Assembly (NCBI GenBank): GCA_963833765.1 | Contig: CAWHZJ010000019.1 | Span: 47,487-111,486 of the forward strand | Length of the DNA: 64,000 nucleotides | Direction of reading: 5' to 3' | DNA from: an uncultured Solirubrobacterales bacterium | GTDB taxonomy: Bacteria > Actinomycetota > Thermoleophilia > Solirubrobacterales > Solirubrobacteraceae | Part shown: one piece after another, positions 27,608-37,366 of the stretch | Numbering within the stretch: the first letter of the stretch is position 1 | Layout of the letters: each line of letters opens with the position of its first letter | The notes under the pieces: model-generated | The model's database searches: none | The model's input: the letters and a program-made list of their open reading frames with translations, nothing else | Told to the model about the DNA's origin: nothing | Position numbers and translations under genes: made by a program

Positions 27608-27662
27608 GGGGTAAGACCCGGCGCCATGCTGCTTGACCAACCGCACTCTACGAGGAGGCAAG

Positions 27663-28769
27663 TTGCACATCAATCGTCCCATTCCCACGCTCGCGGTGAT
27701 CGCGGCGACCGCCGTGGCCGCCGGATTCGGCGTCAGCGCGAGCTCGTCCGCGGCGGGTAGTCTCACCGGCGCGGGATCCTCGCTGGTCGCGCCGCTCGTC
27801 GAAAACGTGTTCGCCCCAGACTTCCAGAGTAGCTCGGGCACCTCCGTGACCTACGGCTCGGTCGGTTCCGGAGCCGGGATCACGGCGATCAGCGGCAAGA
27901 CGGTCGACTTTGGCGCCTCGGATGCTCCGCTGACGAGCACCCAGGAAGCAGGTTGCACGGGCTGCATCGAGATCCCCTGGGCGCTGGCCGGCACCGGGCT
28001 CTCCTACAACCTCAGCGGCATCGGTCATGTCAACCTCACAGGCCCGGTGATCGCAGACATCTTCCTTGGCACGATCACCATGTGGAATGACCCACAGATC
28101 CAGAAGCTGAACAAGGGCGAGACCCTGCCGGCCGAGAAGATCACGCCGGTCTACCGCAGCGACGGCTCCGGCGACACCTACGCGTTCACCTCCTACCTCT
28201 CGAAGGTCAGCCCGGCGTGGGCGACCAAGGTTGGCTTCGGCACCTCGGTCGCATTCCCGGTCGGCACCGGCGGCAAGGGCAACAGCGGCGTCGCCGCCGT
28301 GGTCGCCGCGACTCCGGGAGCCCTCGGAAACAACTCCTGGTTCTACATCCGCCAGGCCAAGCTCCAAGCCGTCGCGGTCCAGAACAGCGCCGGGAACTAC
28401 GTCCTGCCCTACGACCCGTACGTCGCTGATGCGGCGGCCATCGTGAAGAACGTGCCGGCGCTGAGCACGTTGTCCTCGAGCACCGCGGACTCGATCGCGA
28501 GCGCGCTCTCGATCGTCGATCCGCCGTACGTCAAGCCGAAGAAGGGCAAGAAGCCCACGGCGCTGCAAAAGGAGGAGGCAGCGGCGTATCCAATCTCGAC
28601 CTTCACCTACGTGCTCCTCCGGCCGGACAACAGCAATATCGCCACGCTCAAGCAGTTCATCGCATTCGCCCTCACCAAGGCGCAGCAGAGCAAGGGCGGA
28701 GCGCTCCAGTTCGCGCCGCTGCCACCGGTGGTCGCTGCGGCGGACACCAAGGCGGTCAACGGGCTGTAG
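27663..28769 (+). CDS. pstS: Phosphate-binding protein PstS (copy 2)
   Basis: SD AGGAGG lies 5 nt before the in-frame TTG at 27663. Signal peptide IPTLAVIAATAVAAGFGVSASSSAAG. PstS motifs GAGSSLVAPL, GSGAG, FGASDAPL and YRSDGSGDT are present. The ORF-track start 27633 is also possible. Confidence 0.85.
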   Translation: MHINRPIPTLAVIAATAVAAGFGVSASSSAAGSLTGAGSSLVAPLVENVFAPDFQSSSGTSVTYGSVGSGAGITAISGKTVDFGASDAPLTSTQEAGCTGCIEIPWALAGTGLSYNLSGIGHVNLTGPVIADIFLGTITMWNDPQIQKLNKGETLPAEKITPVYRSDGSGDTYAFTSYLSKVSPAWATKVGFGTSVAFPVGTGGKGNSGVAAVVAATPGALGNNSWFYIRQAKLQAVAVQNSAGNYVLPYDPYVADAAAIVKNVPALSTLSSSTADSIASALSIVDPPYVKPKKGKKPTALQKEEAAAYPISTFTYVLLRPDNSNIATLKQFIAFALTKAQQSKGGALQFAPLPPVVAAADTKAVNGL

Positions 28770-28802
28770 CGAACGGCCGACAGTACGGGCCTTGTCTCCT
28801 CG

Positions 28803-28841
28803 GGGGCGCGGCCGGCGATCGCCGGCCGCGCCCCTTTTTTT
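28803..28841 (+). terminator. Intrinsic terminator of pstS2
   Basis: Perfect 14-bp stem GGGGCGCGGCCGGC-GATC-GCCGGCCGCGCCCC followed by TTTTTTT, starting 34 nt after the pstS2 stop. Confidence 0.85.
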
Positions 28842-29006
28842 GCCGCGACTCGACGTTCCAGCACCGTGCGGCGCACACGTAGTGCGGTCGCGGATCGACC
28901 GCGTTGTCGCCGATTCTCGACAGGCGCCGCGGTCAACGGCACGGGCGCCAGCTCTCAACGGCATGAGAATCCGCCCGCCACTCGCGGAGGCGATCCGCGC
29001 GGTGCG

Positions 29007-29402
29007 TTACTGCGCGACGCGCCCGGCGCTGCGGTGGCGACCGTCGCCTGACTCGAGGGCGTGGGACGACCGGGCCTCGGACTGAAAGCGATAGCCGAAG
29101 CTCGGGTGGGTGTGAATGTAGCGCCGCTCCGGCACCGCCCGCTCGAGCTTGGCTCGCAGCTTGCTCACGTAGACGTCGACCGAGCGGTCGCCGGAGCGCA
29201 GCTCGCGGTCCCAGACAGCCCGGCAGAGCTCTTCGCGGCTGACGATCCCACCGGCGTGCCGAACCATGGCCAGGAGCAGCTGGAACTCGCGTACAGACAG
29301 GGTGAGCACGTGGCCTCGCGCGCGGACCAGTCCCTCGTCGGGGGTGATCTCGAGATCGTCGACACGGATCGTGTCAGCGGGATCGCCGGGCTCGGGCATC
29401 AA
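29007..29402 (-). CDS. Stand-alone OmpR/PhoB-type winged-helix DNA-binding protein (no receiver domain)
   Basis: 131 aa. LSVREFQLLLAMV...GDRSVDVYVSKLRAKLERAVPERRYIHTHPSFGYRF closely parallels the effector domain of the RR at 22971-23822. Only about 15 aa precede the wHTH, and the upstream intergenic is just 113 bp. Confidence 0.8.
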   Translation of the reverse strand: MMPEPGDPADTIRVDDLEITPDEGLVRARGHVLTLSVREFQLLLAMVRHAGGIVSREELCRAVWDRELRSGDRSVDVYVSKLRAKLERAVPERRYIHTHPSFGYRFQSEARSSHALESGDGRHRSAGRVAQ

Positions 29403-29435
29403 TGACGCACAGTCGCGCGCCGGCGCGTCGCGCGG

Positions 29436-29479
29436 GTGAAAATGCTGTGATGCACTCGTGAAGAAGTCGTGAAGCCTCG
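29436..29479 (-). promoter_or_regulatory. Pho-box-like array: four 11-nt phased direct repeats (TTCAC core on the minus strand) upstream of the stand-alone wHTH gene
   Basis: The plus strand reads GTGAAAATGCT GTGATGCACTC GTGAAGAAGTC GTGAAGCCTCG with exact 11-nt phasing. The reverse complement gives TTCAC/TTCAC/ATCAC/TTCAC. The array lies 34-77 nt upstream of the wHTH start and 37 nt upstream of the DUF47 start. Confidence 0.5.
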
Positions 29480-29515
29480 ACTCTGGCGGCGCCGCGCGCG
29501 TAGTGTTCGCTGATC

Positions 29516-30139
29516 ATGGCGTTGCTGCGCAGATCCGTGGACGAGGGCCTGCTCGACCTGATCGAGGAATCGGGCCGCAACGTGGTGCGCACGACGCTGC
29601 TGCTGCGCGATCTGCTGGCCGACTACCCCGAGCGCGCGATGCTCGCGCAGGAGGTGCGGCAGTGCGAGCACGAGGGCGATCGCATCACCCACGATGTGAT
29701 CCATCGACTGGCGGGCGGCCGGCGCACCCGGGTGCCGTTCGATGCCGGCGAGGGTCACCGGCTGGCCACCGCGCTGGACGACATCGTCGACCACGCCGAG
29801 CAGGTTGCCGACACGTTGGGCCTGTACGCGGTCGAGGCCACGATGGAGCAGGCCGTTGAGCTCGCCGATGTGCTTGTCGGCGCAGCCGAGCAGGTCGCGC
29901 AGGCGCTCGGCCGCCTGCGGACCGGCGGGGAGCTGGCGCCGCATCTGGTCGAGATCCACCGGCTCGAGAACGAGGGCGACCGACTGCGCCGCGACGCGGT
30001 CGCCTCGCTGTTCGCCAGCGGGACCGACCCGATGGTCGTGATTCGCTGGCGCGACATCTTCGAGTCGCTGGAGGCGGCTGTCGACGCGTGCGAGACCGTC
30101 GCCCACATCCTCGAAGGGATCGGCCTGCGGCGCCACTGA
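29516..30139 (+). CDS. DUF47-family (PhoU-like, PitR/YkaA-type) protein
   Basis: 207 aa. EHEGDRITHDVIHRL and LENEGDRLRRDAVASLF...WRDIFESLEAAVDACETVAHILEGI match the two-repeat DUF47 pattern. No Pit transporter gene is adjacent. Confidence 0.8.
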   Translation: MALLRRSVDEGLLDLIEESGRNVVRTTLLLRDLLADYPERAMLAQEVRQCEHEGDRITHDVIHRLAGGRRTRVPFDAGEGHRLATALDDIVDHAEQVADTLGLYAVEATMEQAVELADVLVGAAEQVAQALGRLRTGGELAPHLVEIHRLENEGDRLRRDAVASLFASGTDPMVVIRWRDIFESLEAAVDACETVAHILEGIGLRRH

Positions 30140-30178
30140 CGACCGTCGCGCCGCCGATCCGGAGGGCGGGTGTGGTCG

Positions 30179-32920
<2,742 letters not shown>

Positions 32921-33009
32921 GCGTCGCCCGTTGTATCACGCGTGCGGGTACGCAGGTGCAAAGATGCTCGGCGGCGTGCTCGCAGAATGGGTCATTGTCG
33001 GCGTTGGCA

Positions 33010-33741
33010 TCAGGCTGCCGAGGCGAGATCGTCGTAGGTGACGCACCTGCGGCTGGGCGTCGCCCGGCGAATCACGTCCTCGAGAGCAAGCATGTGGCTC
33101 GCCGACCCCAAGTCCAGCGGATGCAGGTCTATTCGCAGCGTGCTGCCGGCCAGTCGGCTTGCGACGCGCAGCATTGTCGGCGAAAGGGCCCGGCGCAGCG
33201 GGCCGCCGTCGGCAAGCCCGATCGGCGGCGCTGAGACGTGTTGCGGCGCGCCGATCCGTGTCGGGTGGAGCCCCCAGGTGCCTGCCCACCACTGGAACCG
33301 CGTGCGCAGCGACTCGCGCAGCTGGGGCGTGTAGGCGTAGGCGGGAGCGACGAAGCCGCGCGGCTCGAGGCCGGCGAGCTTGAGGATGCGGCGGCCGGCA
33401 TCGAGGGCGCGCACCGTCTGGAGCGGATCGAGTCCGACGAACTCGGGTGACTCGCGGGCGATCGCCGAGCGCGGGTGCGGCGGCCAGCGGGCCGGCGGAG
33501 ATTGCAGGTGACGGAAACCGTGCTGGGCGATCGCGTCGCCTTTGCACTCGCGCTCGAGCAGCCAATCCCCAACCTCAGGTCGACGGTCAGACAGCGGATG
33601 GAGGTCGCGGGCCGGGATCACCAACAGCGTCACGCGGCCGACACCGAGATCGTCGAGCCAGTCGCGCAACAGCGCGGCCCGCTCGAAGGTCGCCGGCTCG
33701 ATGTCGTGCAGCGCGACGGCGAGGGTGCGCTCAGGCGGCAT
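33010..33741 (-). CDS. DUF2334-like (polysaccharide deacetylase superfamily) protein
   Basis: 243 aa. N-terminus LAVALHDIEPATFERAALLRDWLDDLGVGRVTLLVIP resembles DUF2334 proteins as I recall them. Overlaps the upstream PHP::GT4 gene by 11 nt. Confidence 0.55.
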   Translation of the reverse strand: MPPERTLAVALHDIEPATFERAALLRDWLDDLGVGRVTLLVIPARDLHPLSDRRPEVGDWLLERECKGDAIAQHGFRHLQSPPARWPPHPRSAIARESPEFVGLDPLQTVRALDAGRRILKLAGLEPRGFVAPAYAYTPQLRESLRTRFQWWAGTWGLHPTRIGAPQHVSAPPIGLADGGPLRRALSPTMLRVASRLAGSTLRIDLHPLDLGSASHMLALEDVIRRATPSRRCVTYDDLASAA

Positions 33742-36019
33742 CGCGTGTCTTGTGCGGTGTCGCGGTCAACGCCCCGCGATAGCCGGTGGCGAGACGCTCG
33801 AGAGCTCGCTCCCAGGTCCGCTCTTCGACGCTGTGACGGGCAGCGCGCCCGAGCCGCCGGCGAAGTGCCGGCGAGCCGGCCAGCGCCAGCAGCCCGCCGG
33901 CCAGCGCTTCGGCGCGGGCCGGTCGCAGGAGCCCGTTCGCGCCATCGGTGATCAGCTCGCGCGGACCACCGGCGTCGACGGCGAGCACCGGGAGGGCGCT
34001 CGCCTGCGCTTCGAGCACGACCTGCCCGAACGTGTCGGTCTCGCTGGGAAAGCAGAATGCGTCGGCGCTCGCGTAGGCGGCGGCGAGCGCGCTGCCCTCG
34101 AGCCAGCCGAGGAAGCTCGCCCGGTCGCCCAGTCGGGCCGCCAGGCGCGACTGCTCCGGGCCGCCGCCGGCGAGCACCAGGTGCAGGCGCGGGTCCTGCT
34201 CGTGAGCGAGCTCGAAGGCGTCGGCAAGCAGGTCGATGTTCTTCTCCTTGCTGACGCGGCCGGCGTAGAGCACCGTCAGCTCGCCCGGCAGCATCCGCTC
34301 GTCCCGCAGGGCGGGATCGAAGCGGCTCGTGTCGACGCCGCGATCCCAGCGGGCGATCCGCGCGGCGTCGATCCCGAGCTCGGCCAGCGCGTCGTCGGCG
34401 GCGGCGCTCGGGGAGAGCACGAGACGGCACTGCGAGTAGAACGCGCCGACGACCAGCTGGGCCGTCAGCTCGAGCATCGGGTCGCCGCTGCGCAGGCCGG
34501 CGTAGGCCGCCAGCTCGGTGTGGTAGCTGCCGACGAGCGGGAGCTCCATCGCGCGGGCGAGCAGTGCCGCCGCGACGCCGCTCGGCCCCGGTGAGCAGAC
34601 GTGGATCAGGTCGTAGTGCCCGTCCGTGATCGCCTCGACCGCCGCCGGCAGACTCGGCACGCCGAGCGTCATCCCCGGGTAGTGGGGGAGCTCGACGTCG
34701 GCGACCGCCGCGAGCCGCCGATCGACGTTGCGGTCGGTCCCGATCACCTCGATGTCGAAGCCGTCGACGCCGCGTTCGCGAATCTCCTCGATCGTGCGCG
34801 TGACGCCGTGCATCGCGCCGATGCCGTCGGCGACGATCGCGATTCGCGGGCGCTCGCCCTCGTCGCTCGAGAGCTTCGCGCGCTCGCGCGCAATGAACGC
34901 GGCTGACGGCGCGTACGGGATCGCCGGCACGCAGGCCGTGAACAGCACGGCGCCGATCTCCGCGATCTCGCCGCGCCCGACGGCGTCGACGGCGGTCGCG
35001 ACGGCCTCGCGCAGTTGGCGCTCGTGGGCCCGCGTCGCGCGGCGGTACAGATCGGCGTGATTGAACCGCTCGTCCTGCATGTAGGCGACGAGGTCGGCTT
35101 CCGCCAGGTCATCGAGATCCACCGAAGCCAGCCATGCCCGCAGCAGCGCCCGCGCGTCGGGCGGGGCGAGATTGCCGGGCGCAGAGCCCTCGCGGCGGTC
35201 GCCCTCAGCCAGCACCCGTTCCGCTATCTCGAGCACCCGGAACGGGTCGAGCGCCGCGCGCTCGCCGTCGCGGCCGAGCGCGCGGACCGCCAGTGCCATC
35301 GCGGCATGCGCCCATTTCTCGGCGCTGCCCTGCTCGCCCCCGGGGGCGGCACGGCCGGCCCGCACGTGCTCGAGAAACTCCGCTGGGCTCGCCGCCGTGG
35401 GAGTGCGGGTGAAGGTTCGCCCGATGTCGATGCCTGCATGGTCGTCGCTGCCGCCGATCGCGATGCCGCCCTGGGTCTCGACGTAGAGCGCAGCCGGCAT
35501 GTTCAGCTCTCGCGCGCGCGAGCCGTTGCGCGTCTCCCAGATCGGGAACAGCTCGGCCAAGCGCCGCCGGTGGCGGCTGCGCAGCGGCGCTCCGACGGAG
35601 TAGAACGGATGCGCCAGCGCGCTGACGATGCCGCACGCGTCGAGGTACTCGGCGCACGCCTCGACGTCGCCGGCGTGGGCCTGAAGCCACTCGTGATTGT
35701 CCGGATCGATCCCGAAGCACAGGATGTGCACAGCCTGCGGCTCGCCGTGAAAGCTTGCCGTCAGCTCCTCCGAGATGAAGCAGCCGGGCAGGTCGGCGAT
35801 CGCGAGGGCTCCGTCGATGGTGTCGTGATCGGTGATCGTCACGAAGTCCATGCCGCGTCGCTTTGCGAGCTCGTAGACCTCGTGTGGCGGGGTCGCGCAC
35901 TCGGGCAGCCCGAGCGCGCGCTGGACGCCGAGGCGTGAGACGGCCGAGGCCGTCGAGTGACAGTGAAGATCGACTTGCGTCACCACGTCCTTGCTCTCCT
36001 CACTCGTTGTCGTTCTCAT
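33731..36019 (-). CDS. Fusion protein: N-terminal PHP phosphoesterase domain + C-terminal GT4 (GT-B) glycosyltransferase
   Basis: PHP motifs VDLHCHSTAS, FVTITDHDTIDGA, ALAHPF and GGSDDHAG are present. The GT4 EX7E region is FCFPSETDTFGQVVLEAQASALPVLAV. Start is placed at the internal Met 36019; a GTG 14 codons downstream with SD GAGGAG is also possible. Confidence 0.75.
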   Translation of the reverse strand: MRTTTSEESKDVVTQVDLHCHSTASAVSRLGVQRALGLPECATPPHEVYELAKRRGMDFVTITDHDTIDGALAIADLPGCFISEELTASFHGEPQAVHILCFGIDPDNHEWLQAHAGDVEACAEYLDACGIVSALAHPFYSVGAPLRSRHRRRLAELFPIWETRNGSRARELNMPAALYVETQGGIAIGGSDDHAGIDIGRTFTRTPTAASPAEFLEHVRAGRAAPGGEQGSAEKWAHAAMALAVRALGRDGERAALDPFRVLEIAERVLAEGDRREGSAPGNLAPPDARALLRAWLASVDLDDLAEADLVAYMQDERFNHADLYRRATRAHERQLREAVATAVDAVGRGEIAEIGAVLFTACVPAIPYAPSAAFIARERAKLSSDEGERPRIAIVADGIGAMHGVTRTIEEIRERGVDGFDIEVIGTDRNVDRRLAAVADVELPHYPGMTLGVPSLPAAVEAITDGHYDLIHVCSPGPSGVAAALLARAMELPLVGSYHTELAAYAGLRSGDPMLELTAQLVVGAFYSQCRLVLSPSAAADDALAELGIDAARIARWDRGVDTSRFDPALRDERMLPGELTVLYAGRVSKEKNIDLLADAFELAHEQDPRLHLVLAGGGPEQSRLAARLGDRASFLGWLEGSALAAAYASADAFCFPSETDTFGQVVLEAQASALPVLAVDAGGPRELITDGANGLLRPARAEALAGGLLALAGSPALRRRLGRAARHSVEERTWERALERLATGYRGALTATPHKTRDAA

Positions 36020-36209
36020 CCCAGAACAGATTCCGCTGCAAAACGGGGCTTTCTGTGACCAGCCGGTGAACGAGGTCGCGGTGCTATCAAGATCTTCACG
36101 TCTGACGACCGTGTCACTGCTGAGATGCGGGTGCGAGTCTGACCAGCTCGCAGCGAGCTCTCGACAAAGATGACCCCGCGGGTCGTGCACGAGGGCCCCT
36201 CTCAGCTGG

Positions 36210-36240
36210 CGCCCCGGGCTCGCCTGGTGAGCCCGGGGCG
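36210..36240. terminator. 12-bp perfect GC hairpin downstream of the small membrane protein gene (terminator candidate)
   Basis: CGCCCCGGGCTC-GCCTGGT-GAGCCCGGGGCG read directly from the sequence. No U-tract. Confidence 0.35.
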
Positions 36241-36295
36241 TAGGCTGTCTCCCGGCGTCCGCGCGGGACGCCGCGCGCCGCTGCCGCCCGGCCGG

Positions 36296-36544
36296 CTAGC
36301 GACCACCCCTCGCGGCCGCAGACTTGCGCGGACCGGTGGCGAACCAGGCGAACACGATCAGCGCCAGTCCGACGACGACCGCCGCGATGCCGTGCTTGAC
36401 GTGGTGGGTCGTCGATCCGGCCGCGTGGCCCGGGAAGAACGACGGCAGTGACTTCGCCGGCTCCGCGAAGTAGATTCCGGCGATCACGAACAGCGCAAGG
36501 CCGGCGACGATGGCGAGCGCGATCAGCAGGCGGGACTGGGGCAC
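36296..36544 (-). CDS. Small membrane protein (2 TM), unknown function
   Basis: 82 aa. Two hydrophobic helices (LLIALAIVAGLALFVIAGIYF and IAAVVVGLALIVFAWFA) flank a His-rich loop HAAGSTTHHVKH. Strong GC3 bias. Lies 9 nt after the CpsB-like gene. Confidence 0.55.
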   Translation of the reverse strand: MPQSRLLIALAIVAGLALFVIAGIYFAEPAKSLPSFFPGHAAGSTTHHVKHGIAAVVVGLALIVFAWFATGPRKSAAARGGR

Positions 36545-36553
36545 CCCCGGAAT

Positions 36554-37333
36554 CTAGTCGAGCGCGAGTTCGAGCGCGGCGGCCGTGGCGGGCGAGGATG
36601 CCCGGGGGATGCCGTGGGTCAGCAGGAAGCGGGGATTGGCCTGCGTCAGCCGCCAGGCCTGGACCGATGAGGCGCCGGCGCGCTGCGCGAGCACGAAGCC
36701 CAGCGCCAGCGTGTGGTCACGCGTGCCGGGATGCGCGTCGGAGGCGATCAGGTAGGCAAGGCCGTTGCGCAGCAGGTGCACCGCCAGCTCCTGGACTGCC
36801 AGCCCGTTGTTGCCGAGCAGGGAGCAGACGTTGACCTGGGCGACGGCGCCCGCCTCGAGCAGGCGCCGGAGCGCCTCGATACCCGCCTGCGACGCCGCGC
36901 CCTGCGCGCGTTCCGGATGGGCGATCACCGCGCCGAAGCCGCGCTGGGCAAGCGCCGCGAAGTCGTCAGCGAATTCGGCGTCGAGACCCCGGAACGGGGC
37001 TTCGAGCAGCAGCCAGCGGCTGCCGGCGGGTCCCTGGGCGATCAGCTCGAGCTCGCCGTCGCTCAGCGTGCGCGCGTGCCGCGCGTCGAGCTCACCGCCG
37101 GGATGTATCCGCACGCCGATGCGGTGCTCATCGAGCAGCGACGCGAGCGCGTCCACCCGCTGCGGAATCGTCTCGATTTCGAGCGGCCAGTAGCGGTTGA
37201 TGTGCGGCGTGACGGTGACGTCACGGACACCTTCGGCCGCGAGTCGTCGCGCGTAGGCGATGGCAGCGGCGTCGTCGCGAGCACCATCGTCGACCTCCGG
37301 GAGCAGGTGGAGGTGCAGATCGAGATATGACAT
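36554..37333 (-). CDS. CpsB/CapC-like PHP-family protein-tyrosine phosphatase
   Basis: N-terminus MSYLDLHLHLLPEVDDGARD is the hallmark of CpsB/YwqE-type phosphatases. TPHINRY, IAHPERA and ASDAHPG motifs are present. Confidence 0.75.
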   Translation of the reverse strand: MSYLDLHLHLLPEVDDGARDDAAAIAYARRLAAEGVRDVTVTPHINRYWPLEIETIPQRVDALASLLDEHRIGVRIHPGGELDARHARTLSDGELELIAQGPAGSRWLLLEAPFRGLDAEFADDFAALAQRGFGAVIAHPERAQGAASQAGIEALRRLLEAGAVAQVNVCSLLGNNGLAVQELAVHLLRNGLAYLIASDAHPGTRDHTLALGFVLAQRAGASSVQAWRLTQANPRFLLTHGIPRASSPATAAALELALD

Positions 37334-37366
37334 GTTGCGGTCTTCCTTTCCGTCGGCGGATCCTCG

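Noticed and set aside
28842-29006. 165-bp apparently non-coding stretch after the pstS2 terminator, inspected for a tRNA or small RNA.
   Set aside because: Only a 7-bp hairpin (GCGGTCG/CGACCGC) is present. There is no T-loop-like or other recognisable RNA motif, so nothing is supportable.
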